Assembly: GCA_030390025.1 (NCBI GenBank) | Contig: CM059425.1 | Coordinates: forward strand, 172,548,001-172,612,000 | DNA from: Squalus acanthias | Taxonomy: Eukaryota | Reading direction: 5' to 3' | DNA length: 64,000 nucleotides | Shown: positions 1 to 13,827 of the stretch, piece after piece | Layout of the letters: each line of letters opens with the position of its first letter | Position numbering within the stretch: position 1 is the stretch's first letter | Notes under the pieces: generated by a model | The model's input: the letters and a program-made list of their open reading frames with translations, nothing else | Told to the model about the DNA's origin: nothing | The model's database searches: none | Translations under genes and position numbers: made by a program

Positions 1-527
1 TACTGTGTGCAGTTCTGGTCGCCACACTATAGGAGGGACGTGATTGCATTGGAGAGGGTGCAGAGGAGATTCACCAGGATGTTACCTGGGCTGGAGCGCT
101 TCAGCTATGAAGAGAGACTGGACAGGCTGGGGTTGTTTTCCTTAGAGCAGAGAAGGCTGAGGGGGGACCTGATTGAGGTGTACAAAATTATGAGGGGCAT
201 AGATAGGGTAGATAGAAAGGAACTTTTCCCCTTAGTAGAGGGGTCAATAACCAGGGGGCATAGTTTCAAGGTAAGGGGCAGGAGGTTTAGAGGAAAAACT
301 TTTTCACCCAGAGGGTGGTTGGAATCTAGAACTCACTGCCTGAAAGCGTGGTAGAGGCAGGAACCCTCAACATTCAAGAAGCATTTAGATGAGCACTTGA
401 AACGCCATAGTATACAAGGCTACGGACCAAGTGCTGGAAAATGGGATTAGAATAGATAGGGCTTGATGGCCAGCGCGGACACGATGGGCCGAAGGGCCTC
501 TTTCTGTGCTGTATAACTCTACGACTC
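1..527 (+). mobile_element. CR1 LINE 3' end (runs off the left edge)
   Basis: ORF2 C-terminus QFWSPH...LERVQRRFTRM...RRLRGDLIEVYK plus CR1 3' UTR. Confidence 0.93.
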
Positions 528-915
528 ACTAAAAAATAAAGAACAAACTAGCCAAGATTGAGATGCCACGGATAAAGAGCCGAGGATAAAATTGTATCTA
601 ACAAAAAAGGCATACGCAAAAGTACGTAAACAATAAAGAAAATGACAAAAGGGAATACGATGAGCTTAGAAAGGTGGAAAACAGACAATTAGGAACTTAG
701 AGGAAATATGAAATTTAAATATCAAATATATTCTATAGGCACGAGTCCAAATTGACTGCACTTGCGCAATGCACGAAGAAAGAAGGGAAGAGATAGCAGT
801 GGGCACTAGTATCCATATATAAAAATTCAATAGGTTCAAGAAAGAACAGGAATAGTGCCAGAAGACTGGATGACAGGAAATCTAATTCCTAGCTTCAAAA
901 AGGAAGAGATACAAC

Positions 916-2678
916 CGGGTAGGGCCGGTCAAGGACAGTAGTGGGAACTTGTGCATGGAGTCAGAAGAGATAGGAGAGGTGATGAATGAATACTTTTCGT
1001 CAGTGTTCACCGAGGAGAGGGGCCATGTTCTTGAGGATGAGAGTGTGATAAAGGTGGATAGGCTGGAGGTGGTAGATGTTCTGAGGGAAGATGTTTTAGC
1101 AATTTTGAAGAACCTGAGGGTCGATAAGTCCCCTGGGCCAGATGGGATATATCCTAGGATTCTTTGGGAGGCAAGGGAGGAGATTGCAGAGCCTCTGGCT
1201 TTGATCTTTGGGTCCTCACTGTCCACGGGGATGGTGCCAGAGGACTGGAGAGTGGCGAATGTTGTTCCTCTCTTCAAGAAAGGAAATAGGAATGACCCTG
1301 GTAATTATAGGCCGGTTAGTCTTACTTCGGTGGTTGGTAAGATAATGGAAAAGGTCCTGAGGGATAGGATTTATGACCATTTGGAAAGGGGCAACTTAAT
1401 CAGGGATAGTCAACACGGATTCGTGAAGGGTAAGTCTTGCCTAACAAATTTGATTGAATTCTTTGAGGAGGTAACTAAGTGTGTAGATGAAGGTAGAGCA
1501 GTTGATGTCGTATACATGGATTTTAGTAAGGCGTTTGATAAGGTTCCCCATGGTCGTCTCATGAAGAAAGTAAGGAGTTGTGGGATAGAGGGAAATTTGG
1601 CCGATTGGATAAGTAACTGGCTAACTCATAGAAGGCAGAGGGTGGTGGTGGATGGAACATTTTCGGACTGGAGACCAGTTACCAGCGGTGTGCCACAGGG
1701 GTCGGTGCTGGGTCCTCTGCTGTTTGTGATTTTTATCAATGACTTGGAGGAGGGGACTGAAGGGTGGATCAGTAAATTTGCTGATGACACCAAGATTGGT
1801 GGAGTAGTGGATGAGGTGGAGGGCAGTTGTAGGCTGCAAAGAGACATTGATAGGATGCAGAGCTGGGCCGAAAAATGGCAGATGGAATTTAACCCTGATA
1901 AGTGCGAGGTGATTCATTTTGGTAGGGCAAATTTGAATAAGGATTACAGGGTCAACGGCAGGGTTCTGAGGAACGTGGAGGAGCAGAGGGATCTGGGGGT
2001 TCATATCCACAGATCTCTGAAGGTTGCCACTCAAGTGGATAGAGCAGTAAAGAAGGCCTATGGTGTGTTAGCGTTTATTAACAGAGGGTTTGAGTTTAAG
2101 AACCGTGAGGTTATGCTGCAACTGTACAGGACCTTGGTGAGACCACATTTGGAATATTGTGTGCAGTTCTGGTCACCTCACTATAGGAAGGACGTAGAAG
2201 CATTGGAAAGAGTGCAAAGGAGATTTACCAGGATGCTGCCTGGTTTGGGGGGGGAGGTCTTATGAGGAAAGATTGAGGGAGTTGGGGCTTTTCTCTTTAG
2301 AGCAGAGGAGGATGAGAGGCGACTTAATAGAGGTTTATAAGATGATGAGGGGGATAGATAGAGTGGATGTTCAGAGACTATTTCCTCGGGTAGAGGCAGC
2401 TGTTACAAGGGGGCATAACTATAAGGTGCATGGGGGGAGATATAGAAGGGATGTCCGAGGTAGATTCTTTACTCAGAGAGTGGTTGGGGTGTGGAATGGA
2501 CTGCCTGCTGTGATAGTGGAGTCGGACACTTTAGGAACTTTCAAGCGGTTATTGGATAAGCACATGGAGCACACCAGAGTGATAGGGAGTGTGATAGCTT
2601 GATCTTGGTCTCGGACAATGCTCGGCACAACATCGAGGGCCGAAGGGCCTGTACTGTGCTGTACTGTTCTATGTTCTA
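916..2678 (+). mobile_element. Young 5'-truncated CR1 LINE nested in an older CR1
   Basis: RT ORF 949-2265 and 2273-2602 ([24 protein letters not shown]) with one frameshift at a G run (2247-2254); gttctat-type tail. Confidence 0.95.
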
Positions 2679-4015
2679 ATCCAAAGAACTATAGACCAGT
2701 TAGCTTAAGGCCCAAGTTAGGAAAGATACTAGAATCATCTAGAGATGAAGAATATCATAATAGTCAGCATGGATTTCTGAAAGAAAGGTCACTTTTAACC
2801 AACCTTATTGAATTCTTTGAAAAAGTAATGGAAAAAGAGCAATGCAGCAGGTGTAGTATACATGGACTTGCAGAAGACTTTTGATAAGGTGCCACATAAT
2901 AGACTCATAATAAAAGGTTAGGGCATTAGGAGCCCGATAGCAGAATGGATTGAAAGATGGCTACGAAGCAGAAAACAGAGAAAAGGAATTAAGGGAAGTT
3001 TCTCTAACAAAGTGGCAAGTGGTGTCCGCAGGGATCTGTGCTACGACCACCATTGTTCACCATATACATAAATGATTTGGACTCAAATTGGAGGTATAGT
3101 GTTGAAATTTGATGATAAATTAGGGAGTATAGCTAATAATGTAGAAGCCTACACCAAAATACAGAAAGACAAACAAGCTTGCAGAGTGGGCAGATAAATG
3201 GCAAATTAAATTCAATATTGCGACGTGCGGGGTGGTTCATTTTTAGTAGCAGGAATAAGGAGGCCACTTATTCCTGGGAAGGCAAGTAACTAAATGCAGT
3301 CGAGGAGCAAAGAGATCTGGGAATACAGATACATAAATCGCTAAAAGTATCAACACAAGTTGATAAGGCCATAAAGAGTGGAAACAAAGTACTGGGATTA
3401 GTTTCTAGAGGTATAGACTACAAAAGCAGGGAAGTAATGTTAAATTTATATCGAACCTTGGTTAGTTAACACTTGGGAGTACTGTGTGCAGTTCTGGTCT
3501 CCATCCTGCTACCTAGGTCCAAAAAGGATATTGAAGCATTGGAGAAAGTGCAGAAAAGAATTACAAAAGATGTTACCAGAATTAAGAGGATGCAACTATC
3601 AGGAAAGATTGAGCAGACTGAAGCTCTTCTCTGGAAAAGAAACTAAAGGAGATCTAATAGAGGTCTTTAAAATTATGAAGGGGTTCGATAGGGTGAACGT
3701 GAGAAACCATTTCCACTTATGAGTGAGTCCAGAACAAGGGGATCTTAATATAAGAATGCACTAACAGATCAAATAAATAATTTAGGAAGAATTTCTTTAC
3801 ACAGAGTGGTGTGAATGTGGAACACACCATATGGGGTGGTTGTAGTAGAAAGCAGACACATTTAAGAGGAGGCTTGATGCATACATGAGTGAGACAGGAA
3901 AGGAGAAATATAGGGGCAGGATGGGAAGAGGCACATATCAAATATAAACACTGGAATAGACCAGTTGGGCCGAATAGGCCTATTTCTGTGCTGCGGATTC
4001 CATGTAATTCTATGG
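2679..4015 (+). mobile_element. Old CR1 LINE (continues the 530-915 fragment)
   Basis: Degenerate RT and C-terminal motifs with many stops and frameshifts, followed by a 3' UTR. Confidence 0.88.
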
Positions 4016-6072
4016 TATTAACATCCTGCATTGCGGATTTCACATACCTGGAGAAAAAAATATGGAGAACAACTGCCAAGTCTACAACTAAGATGCCCCA
4101 CAAATGTTTCTCTAACTCCTGGTGGATCCTGTATACGCTGCTCTAATTTGGGAAGGAATCCTGTATCAGCTGAGCTATGTGTAGCCCACGGATAAGTAGA
4201 TGTGAGTAACCACATGAACGCTGCTTGTTGCAGTCGGTGCAAGATCTGAAAGAAGGATTCTGTGTCAGAGCCCCTTGCAGTATTGTTGAGTGTTCGAGTT
4301 ACTCATAGGTTTAACATCTTTGAGAGTTTGGAACTTTGGGCTGGCAAACTGCTCTCAAGCAATATGTCACTCTCGTCCCCCTATGCTTCTCCCACAATGA
4401 AACTGTTCCAAATTGCCCATTCTGGGAAATTTCCCAAATGAACTGAGAGGATATGTTGGTTGGAGGTGTCCAGATTGAGGGAATATGGCTTTCACTGAAT
4501 ACACCAGAGTACAAATAGATTTTGACTGGGGAGGAGGAGGTCACAACTTTTATACAAAGCATTTGGGCATTCAAGGGTTTGTAGCATGAAAATGGCCATC
4601 TTCCAGGCAGGAGGCCCCCTGCACCCAGCTTCTGATCAAGAGCTGCAGGAAGTGAGGCAGTAATGGGCTTTGGGAGATGGGTTGTGATCCCAAAACACAT
4701 CATCCTGGAAACGATACTTGGTTAGCAGTCTTCCTCAAATCTGCTTCCAGCAAGTAGGGAGGCAATGGTTATCAATCAAGTGTAGTTTGCCCTGGGTTAT
4801 CCATCATCCATAACAGGAAATTAGAATAGTGAGGAAACATGTCCTAGTGGTACAAGTGGACCCTTCAGTCCCTTTCACTGCAGAATATTCACACTTGGTT
4901 TCACGTTGTATTTGTATTATCGCTAGATACGTGGTCCACCCAACTAATTATCAAGGAGGCCTCAGCAAAATTTCTTCGGGCGTGACCAGAATCTTGGTTG
5001 TTAATTCCTCATACAAAAGGAAAGTCTGTAGTACTGAGCCAATACTTTCTTCCAGGGAGCAAACAAAATTGTGTGTCTGGCAAGCCCTCATCACTAACTG
5101 GTGCCAGTGAATGTTGTGCGACGCTTCAATAGTTCCCTCCTTGGGAGGTATTGGTGGGCATGCTTTTGCTTGGATGATATTTTACCAATAAATCCTTGGC
5201 ACAGGCTAGTGATAGCACATCCCTGGCACTAACTAGTGTCATTAAGTCCTTAGTACTTATCACTGCCAGGGAGTATTTAGAGTGGCTGTCTTTTTCTTTC
5301 CGCATTTCTCAATTTTGTTCTGAATATGATTACAACAGTGTGAGCCTTTGGCTTAGCGGTAGCATTCTCGCTTCCCCGTCAGACAGCAAAGAGTTCAAGA
5401 GTGTCTTAAACTTAAAAAAAGGCAATTACAAGGGTATGAAGACAGAGTTGGCTAAGGTGGACTGGGAAAATAGATTAAAAGGTAAGATGGTAGATAAGCA
5501 GTGGCAGACTTTTAAGAAGATATTTCATAACTCTCAACAAAGATATATTCTAGTGAGAAAGAAAGACTCTACGAGAAGGATGAACCATCCGTGGCTGGCT
5601 GAGGAAGTTAAGGATGGTATCAAATTGAAATAAAAGGCATACAATGTTGCAAAGATTAGTGGTGGGCCAGAAGATTGGGAAATTTTGAGAAACTTACAAA
5701 GGATGACAAAAAAGAGAAAACAGATTGAGAGAGTAAACTAGCAAGAACTTCTAAAAGTATATAAAAAAGAAAATAGCTAAAGTAAATGTTTGTCCCTTAG
5801 AGGATGAGACTGGGGAATTAATAATGGGAAATAAGGAAATGGCAGAGACTTTGAACAAATATTTTGCAACTGTCTTCACGGTAGAGGACACTAAAAGCAT
5901 CCCAATAATAGGGGAAAATCAAAGGGGCAAAAAGGAGGGAGGAACTTAAAACAATTACTATCACTAGAGAAAAAAGTACTAGGCAAAACTAATGGGACTA
6001 AAGGCTGACAAGTCCCCTGGACCCGATGGCCTGCATCCTAGGGTCTTAAAAGAAGTGGCTGCAGAAATAGTA

Positions 6073-6404
6073 CAGGAAACTTTCGTTTATCCGGCACCGA
6101 CGGGACCGGCGTGGTGCCGGTTGATCGAAAGTGCCGGATTACAGAGAGGTATACTTACCAAGGTACGAGAGACCCGTACACGGCCACAGGCTTAACAATT
6201 GGGACCCGGAGAGGGAAAATAAACGAGACTCCGGCTTTTTCCTCCGTGGCGGCGACAGGTCCGAGTCGGAAGAAAGTTGACCCCCCTTTCGTGGGGGCAA
6301 AAGGTCAGAATCGGGGTCTTGTCTGTACAATAAAACTTACCTGATTTTTGCCGGTTAAGCGAGAATTCCGGATATTTGGGTGCCGGATAAACGAAAGTTT
6401 CCTG
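6073..6404. mobile_element. Tc1/mariner (pogo/Tigger-type) MITE
   Basis: Perfect 26-bp TIR caggaaactttcgtttatccggcacc with TA TSD; interrupts a CR1 ORF2. Confidence 0.92.
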
Positions 6405-7261
6405 TAGATGCATTGGTTGTAATCTTCCATTGGGAAAATGCTGGAATCCATTATTAAGGAAGTAGCAGGACATTTAGAAAATCATAATAAAACCATGTTG
6501 ACTCTGCTTGATTGTATGAAAGGGAAATAGTGTTTGACAAATGTATTAGAGTTCTTCGAGGATGTAACGAGCAGGGTGGATAAAGGGGAACCAGTAGATG
6601 TAGTGTATTTGGATTTCCAAAAGGCATTTGATAAGGTGCCACATAAAAGGTTACCACAAGATAAGAGCTCATGGTGTTGGGGGTAATATATTAGCATGGA
6701 TAGAGGATTGGCTAACTAACAGAGAGAGAGTCGGGATAAATGGGTCATTTTCAGGTTGGCAAACTGTGACTAGTGGGGTGCCACAGGGATCAGTGCTGGG
6801 GCCTCAACTATTTACAATCTATATTAATGACTTGGATGAAGGGACTGAGTGTAGTGTAGCCAAATTTGCTAATGATATAAAAGATAGGTGGGAAAGCAAG
6901 TTGTGAGGAGAACACAAAGTCTGCAAAGGGATATAGATAGGTTAAGTAAGTGGGCAAAAATTTGGCAGATGGAGTATAATGTGGGAAAATGTGAGGTTAT
7001 CCACTTTGGTGGGAAGAATAGAAAAGCAAAATATTATTTAAATGGAGAGAGACCACAGAATGCTGCGGTACAAAGGGATCTGGTTGTCCTCGTACATGAA
7101 ACTCAAAAAGTTAGCACGCAGGTACAGCAAGTAATTAGAAGGCAAATGGAATGTTGGCCTTTATTGCAAAGGGGGATGGAGTATAAAAGTAGGGAAGTCT
7201 TGCTACAACTGTACAGGGTGTTGGTAAGACCACACCCAGAGTACTGCATACAGTTTTGGTC

Positions 7262-7590
7262 TTTTTTTTTTAAATTAGTTTTTATGGGTTGTGGGCATTG
7301 CTGGCAAGGCCAGCATTTATTGCTCACCCCTAATTGCCCCTAGAGAAGGTGGTGGTGAGCCGCCTTCTTGAACCGCTGCAGCCCATGTGGTGAAGGTATT
7401 CCCACAGTACTGTTAGAAAGGGAGTTCCAGGATTTTGACCCAGCGACGATGAAGGATCTGCGATATACTTCTAAGTCAGGATGGTGTGTGACTTGGCGGT
7501 GGTGGTGTTCCCATGCGCCTGCTGCCCTTGTCCTTCTAGGTGGAAGAGGTCATGGGTTTTAGAGGTGCTGTCGAAGAAGCCTTGGCGAGT
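7262..7590 (-). mobile_element. CR1-group LINE 3' fragment (second family)
   Basis: Same sequence family as 40085-40890 and 57240-57735 (SFIVAGSKSWNSLP motif). Confidence 0.75.
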
Positions 7591-9299
7591 TTAAGGAGGG
7601 ATATACTTGCCTTGGAGGCAGTTCACAGAAGGTTCACTAGGTGGATTCCTGGGATGAAGGGGTTGTCTTATGAGGAAAGGTTGAGCAGGTTGGGCCTATA
7701 TTCATTGGAGTTTAGAAGAATGAGAAGTGATCTTATTGAAACATACAAGATTCTGAGGGGGCTCGACAGGGTAGATGCTGAGAGGATGTTTCCCCTCGTC
7801 AGGGAATCTAGAACTAGGGGGTATAGTTTCAGAATAAGGGGTCGCCCATTTAAGATGGAGATGAGGAGGAATTTCTTCTCTCAGAGGGTCGTGAATCTTT
7901 GGAATTCTCTACCCCAGAGAGCTGTGGAGGCCAAGTCATTGAATGCATTCAAGGCTGAGACACAGATTTTTGAACTACAGGGGAGTCGAGGGTTATGGGG
8001 AACAGGCAGAAAAGTTGAGGCCAAGATCAGATCAGCCATGATCTTATTGAATGGCGGAGCAGGCTCGAGGGGCCGAATGGCCTACTCCTGCTCTTATGTT
8101 CAAGCTCACTCCAGACAGCCCCAGCGAGTGGAGACTAGAATATGGTCTCTAAATACTGTGTTGACATCCAGCAGGGTACTGGGGTCTGGACAGAGTGACC
8201 GCTGGTTCAGTGTTCGCATTCCTGCCTCTGAATCAGAAGGGTTGGGTTCGGTCTCCACTCTACACAGCTCTGGTAAGCAGAGACCAGATACCGAGCTGAC
8301 GTCCAGTGGGGGTACTTGCGTCTGATGGGTGCGGGTTCTTTAGCCTTGGTTGCAGCCCACATAGGAGAAGGTACGCTGAAGAGAAAAACAGTGAGAAAGG
8401 CAACTGGAAATCATAGCAGCTATTCTACCCTAGTAAGTGGCTCAAGAATCTTGAGTTAGGCCCTGCCCTAGGGCAGAGCACAATTGCTGAAACTTCAGTT
8501 TTTTTGTGTTTCAACTGAGGTATTGAATCTTACAGCAATTGCTGTGGTGCTGTCCTATTGTTTTTTTTTAAAAAAACTCCTGTCACAGTGCCACAATAGG
8601 TTTTCCAGTGGAATTTATATACAACTGCTTTTAGGAAGAGGAGGATGATCAACAGAGGGATGTCAGGCAAGTCAAAGTGCACCAGAGGCACTCTGCACCC
8701 ACCCACAATATACAGGCAGACACACAATACTTAACATGTGCAATAAGCAATGCTTGCCAACACATTTCTTTACCAGAGAAGCGGTGACTAAGTTATATTA
8801 CATGCTGCAAGCAGAACTGCAGTCAAACAGACACAGCTCTGTCAGTGACTGCAAAATCCACAACTGCATTCAACTTTTATGTTTGCCCATTTTCTGAAAC
8901 CATTCTGCAGGATAACTGCACATGTGGTTAGTAGACTCCATTAGAGCCACCATCTGTAGCATACTGTTAGACATGGTCCCCAATGCCTTGATGCTCTGAA
9001 AATATCCTTTTAAAAGTAGGATTCATGAAATCCAGATCCTCTGGATCATCTGTTGAATTGCAATGCAAGCTGACCCTCCAGCTAGCAAGTTTATCCCCTC
9101 TTCTATGCTACTACTAAGCTGCTCCTGCTCATTAATGGTCTGTCTCACGCAGTGCACTCTTTCAATTACCAAAGATGGACATACTGAGCTGGTACTTGAG
9201 AGAAAGAGGGAATGACAATGTGCTCAATGAAGCGCTGGCTGACACCAGATATTCTGGGGCCTACGTCTTCAAAGTCCAGCACATCTAAAGGAAAAAAGA

Positions 9300-10100
9300 A
9301 AGACAGGTCACAATGATGTCCTGATTGAGCAGCCTTCACATGTAGCTTTAATTAGGTGACATGGTAAAGTGCTTCCGCACTGACAATTACTGAATGAGAA
9401 TATAGGACGAGAAGGCAAAGCAGCACAAGTTAGTAACAAATCCTCAGCTAGCAGCTGCCCGACTATTTCCCCCCCATCTTCAGCAACCCCTATAATAGCT
9501 TCCCTTCAAAGATCTTTGAGAGCTTGTTCCTCATATGGAGTTAGCACTCTAAATTTTGGATATCTACCATCATTGACTTCTGACACCTGGATGGTCTGTC
9601 TTCTCTTGTAGGAAGAGTAAAAGGGGAGAGGCTGCAATTATTTAGATGGCATGCAGTAACAACAACTGTCACCAAGTGGCCCAAAGTGAGTGTGTTGACA
9701 TCGACATGCAACAGTCAGTTACATTAGATGGGAGGTATCTTCAGGCTGAATGCTTGTAAAGGATGAGAGTGTAGCAATACTTCCAGAGTGTAAAGAGCAT
9801 CCCAGAAACTGTAAAGTACTTTAGGACAGTTTCAAGGACGGGTAACTGCAAGTGTCATACATGCTTTGTACTCTTAATTTAAGGTCACGGTACGTTGTCC
9901 TACCCTGGCTGTCCTGGTAAGGTCTAGAAAGATTTCCCTACATTGCTTCATTGGAGCAGTCAGTCATCGACAATGGCGACGATCTCCTCCCACTCACTGC
10001 TTATAGACCTTCAGTGACTCATCAACTAAGAGACTTGGATCGCTGTCCTGCTCTAACATTTAGTGGGTACCTTCATTCAGACATTTTTGGATTAGAGCTG
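9300..10100 (-). mobile_element. Old Harbinger Myb/SANT accessory gene remnant
   Basis: Minus strand at about 9903-9995 reads EWEEIVAIV...KQCREIFLDLTRTAR, similar to the Myb-like motif at 37.3 kb. Extent uncertain. Confidence 0.5.
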
Positions 10101-10882
10101 GTTTGCTTCATCAGCTTTAAATTTTAGGATGCCTCTTTATTTAAGCTGCTGCAGACCTTTTAATACTGCGGTGCTATGAAGGTTGGGCAGGTACGAGTTG
10201 TGCACTACCCAGCTTCTGGTTGGCTTTACGCCTAATGAGAAAATCTACACTACTGTCCCAACTATGGAAGCACTTAACTCATTCTGATGCAGGTAATACA
10301 CTGCAGGTAAATGCTGACAGTCACATTTCACAGGCTAGCTGGATGCATCTTGTCTGTGTTGAGTCAAAACTCAAATGCCTCAATTCTTTGGATTAAAAAC
10401 CTGAATATGCAAGAAACACTCACTGCCTAGTTTGGAAAAAGAATACACTTAAAAGCTGTGAAAATTGTAAAGATCATCAATCTAATCTACTGCTGAGATA
10501 CTGGAGGCTATGTCCCAGTTTAACAGCAAGAGCTATATCACAAGGAACAGAAAACAACCTATTAGCAGTGGTAAAAAATTGACGCAATGGCACAGATCCT
10601 AGGTTATTTTACGGCATGGCAGCAAGAGGCAACAGGTGTTATCATTTATCTACAATGTCACAACTTTAAAATGTACTAAGCACATGGTTTTTCCCAGAAC
10701 CAGTCAAGCTGACTTTACTCCTATAGTGTATCGAAGGTTAAATGAAGGATTAGGATTCTTTGTATTATTTTGCAAGGTAATAAAACCAGATCCAGTTCCT
10801 TACAAATATGCTAATACAGTAGTGGGCAAAATACGGCCATGGGGCCGTATCCAACCCGCCAACTGATTCCATCCGGCCCGCA

Positions 10883-11556
10883 CAGTGGTTCTCAAAACGG
10901 GTCCGTGAAATATTCTGAAGATTCGGAGACTTTGAGAGGAGCAGGAAATCAGCTTACCTGCTTTTATCTGTAGAGAGTAGACCTTTAGTGAATGACCAGA
11001 GGATGTGGTCCAGAGTAAGCTGATTAGCAGCGGCCAGAGGCAGGCTTGGTGCAAGGCGGGAACAGAGTGCAGCTACCACATGAGGAGGGGAGCGCGCATG
11101 GAGGAGTGGCGAGAGCAGCACAAAGATTTACGATGTAAGTAAGCATCGGATTGTCTCCTGATTTCTGCTGACTACGTGTTTAACACTGGAACAGAATTCA
11201 CTTACGTGGTTTAAAGTGCCAGTGAGCATAGTATAGGTAGGTTATTAAATTTACACGCAATTACTGTGCCTATCAAATATTTTCATTGATCTGAAACATT
11301 TATGCTGTTCTGATTTCAATGATTTATTGAGCAATGATTATTTCATCCCAATCAAGAACACAAAAGCAATATTGGGGGGGAAAATCTGTATCGGATAGTA
11401 AATACCAGTTTTCTTAAAAGCATTATTAAAATACTCTTTAAATGCAGCACTTTCATACCGAGTATTATACAGTATTATAATTTAGATAGGGTTCCATGAC
11501 TACTAATCCATTTGAAAAGGGGTCCTTCAATCAAAAAAAGTGTTTGAGAACCACTC
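10883..11556. mobile_element. Nested non-autonomous hAT element
   Basis: TIRs cagtggttctcaaa / tttgagaaccact. Right flank atctagaa is a typical hAT target, but no matching left TSD is visible. Confidence 0.65.
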
Positions 11557-11696
11557 ATCTAGAAAAAGGAAAAAACCATATGCAATACATATCACCACTG
11601 CATGTGAATAACAAAAGCGTCTCTCTGTTAGTGACTACGTCAGTGTTGCCAGGTCCGAACAGAAAAATACACTTGAACCCTAACCCAAATTCAGGA

Positions 11697-13247
11697 ATGA
11701 GCACAAAGAGAAAGGTAGCCACTGAATGCCGAATATTTAACAAAGAATGGACTTCTAATTTTTTTTTTACCGATACGGATGGAAAAGCTGCGTGCTTAAT
11801 TTGCAAAGAAAGAATGGCAGTGCTCAAAGAATACAATTTGAATCAGCATTTTGAGAGTAAACATCCATCCAAATATAAAAACTTGTCTGCCGAAGAAAAA
11901 GCAAAGAAAACTGATGACATGGTTGCTTGTATGCAAAAAGAGCAAAGTTTTTTCACAAGGTATCACTGAAAATTGAGCTCACAGAAGATTTGGCATCAAT
12001 GCAGTCAATGAAAGATATGACAACAAGAAAAGATTTATTGGAGGCTGTAAATTAGTGCATGTCAAAATTAGGAGTGGAGTGGAAAAAAATTGCCGTGTGT
12101 GACCACCGATGGAAGCCCAAATCTGACGGGAAACATGTTGGATTACTGAAAAGAATTCAAGACCAAGTCAGAGAAACAAATCCAGAACAGAAAATAATTT
12201 TTCTACATTGCGTCATTCATCAAGAGGTCCTCTGTAAAAGTGTTCTCAAACTAAGCAATGTCGTGGACACAGTTACGAAAGAAACTGCATTCGAGCAAAA
12301 GGATTAACCACAGGCAATTTCCAACTCTGCTTGAGCAATCTGAATCCGAGCTCATGGGTGTTCTGTATCATACCAACGCAAGATGGCTTAGTTTGGGTAA
12401 AGCTTTGAAAAGACTGGGGAACTGAGCGCAGAGATTGGTTTGTTTTTGAAAAAGAAAAAAAGAATCACATTTTCCACAGTTGAATGAAACAGATTGGCTC
12501 TGAGTTTGCATTCGCTGTTGATATCGTGGGCCACATGAACAAACTGAATTTAAGACTGCAAGGGAAGGGGCTAATTGCTCATGATTTGCATTTCAGTGTC
12601 AAGTCATTTATGACAGTTACTCCTTTTCTCCCGTCAGACAGAAAACAAGCAGTTCAGCCATTTTCCCCACTTTGCGACAGATTGTTTGTGAAAAGCTGAA
12701 AAACTACACTACTCAACTTGCATGCTGAATTTTCTCTGCGATTCCAGGATTTTAGAATGATAGAAAATGACCTGTCTTTGGTATCCTCACCGTTCACATT
12801 TGATGTTAACAACACTCCATGTGACCTCCAACCAATGTGCTCGCTAAGCTGCGCAGCCACGCAGTCATCTGCTTTTACATTGTAGGTACCACGCATGCGC
12901 AAAAATTTAAATGGGCCGCACATTGGGGAGGCAGTGCCTCCAACTTGAGCTTATCGACCTGCAATGTGACGCAATGCTTGCAGAGCAATTCAAATTGGTG
13001 CCGCTTCCTGGGTTTTACACCTTTCTCAATGAACAGAGTTTTCCAAAGATCAAAGATGCCCAGAAGATGCTTGTGCTGTTTGGATCAACATACATTTGCA
13101 AGTAGACATTTTCTGTGATGAAATTCAATAAATCAAGGCATAGATCTTCTTGAGCGATGACCACCTTGTAGCAGTGCTCTGCACTGCAACAATGGAGATG
13201 ATAATTCTCTGATTAATGCATACCAGAGGGTTCATTCTTCCCATTGA
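11697..13247 (+). pseudogene. hAT transposase pseudogene (internally deleted, frameshifted)
   Basis: KRKV...FNKEW...CLIC...KEYNLNQHFESKH (BED-type finger), HCVIHQE, LNLRLQGK and FGSTYIC motifs spread over several frames. Confidence 0.88.
12833..12936. mobile_element. 104-bp hAT-type MITE inserted in the transposase
   Basis: Flanked by the 8-bp direct repeat cctccaac (12825-12832, 12937-12944); degenerate CA...TG ends. Confidence 0.7.
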
Positions 13248-13827
13248 GTTTCTTTAACCCAATTTTCAATATACAAGTGTAAGACTATATTTTGAGCAAT
13301 TATGCAATCACTTCTATACACACTACTCAAAAAAGACAATTTTTTTTTAATAGATGTTTGATTGTTAGCATAAGATGTGTTTATCTGTAATTGTTAAAAT
13401 ATCTTCTGAAAGTTTAACTGTTTAAAGTTTTTCTTTCTTTTGCAAAATTTTACAGCAACTGTCGAGTAACCAGTTTTAATTATGGCATAATATCAATGGC
13501 GAAGATGAGTTGTGTAAATCTGTATCATGTTAATAAGTGTTGTTATTTTTATTTAATGTGGAAATGGCATGAAGGGTTCTTTATACAATAAATGCCAGAA
13601 CAAATTTTAAATGGTAGCTGTTAATTCATTGTGTGCACGGTCCTCAACAGCTCACCAAAACTTAAATGGCCCTCCAGCCCAAATTGGAAGTCACTATGAA
13701 CGAATGCATGACAATTGGTGAGGATGAGAAAGGCCTCCTTTATACACAGAATAGAATCACAGGACCACAATTCCAGCTGTAAGTAGTAGTTCCTGGATGC
13801 CAACAAAAATATAAAAACCTTACAAAC

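Larger units (their letters stand above)
5390..8100 (+). mobile_element. CR1 LINE interrupted by a MITE and a LINE 3' fragment
   Basis: ORF2 pieces [25 protein letters not shown] and RNFFSQRVVNLWN, followed by a 3' UTR. Confidence 0.92.
10817..13696 (+). mobile_element. Decayed hAT transposon (Charlie/SPIN/GTF2IRD2-like)
   Basis: Left end cagtagtgggcaaaatacggcc, broken transposase at 11697-13247; right end degraded and approximate. Confidence 0.85.

Noticed and set aside
949..2602. CR1 RT ORF as an active or host gene
   Set aside because: It is 5'-truncated with no endonuclease or ORF1. The frameshift lies in a G homopolymer and could be a sequencing error, but the copy is non-autonomous either way.
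8195..8260. tRNA gene
   Set aside because: Only a degenerate A/B-box SINE head; no complete cloverleaf.
9170..9284. Possible next PJA2 exon (good minus-strand acceptor ttttcctttag at 9285)
   Set aside because: The required phase-2 frame hits a stop after five codons and lacks the expected DPQFLTYMALEERL motif; it more likely belongs to the Harbinger remnant.
11697..13247. Domesticated GTF2IRD2/ZBED-like host gene
   Set aside because: Multiple frameshifts, a large deletion, a MITE insertion and residual transposon ends indicate a dead transposon.
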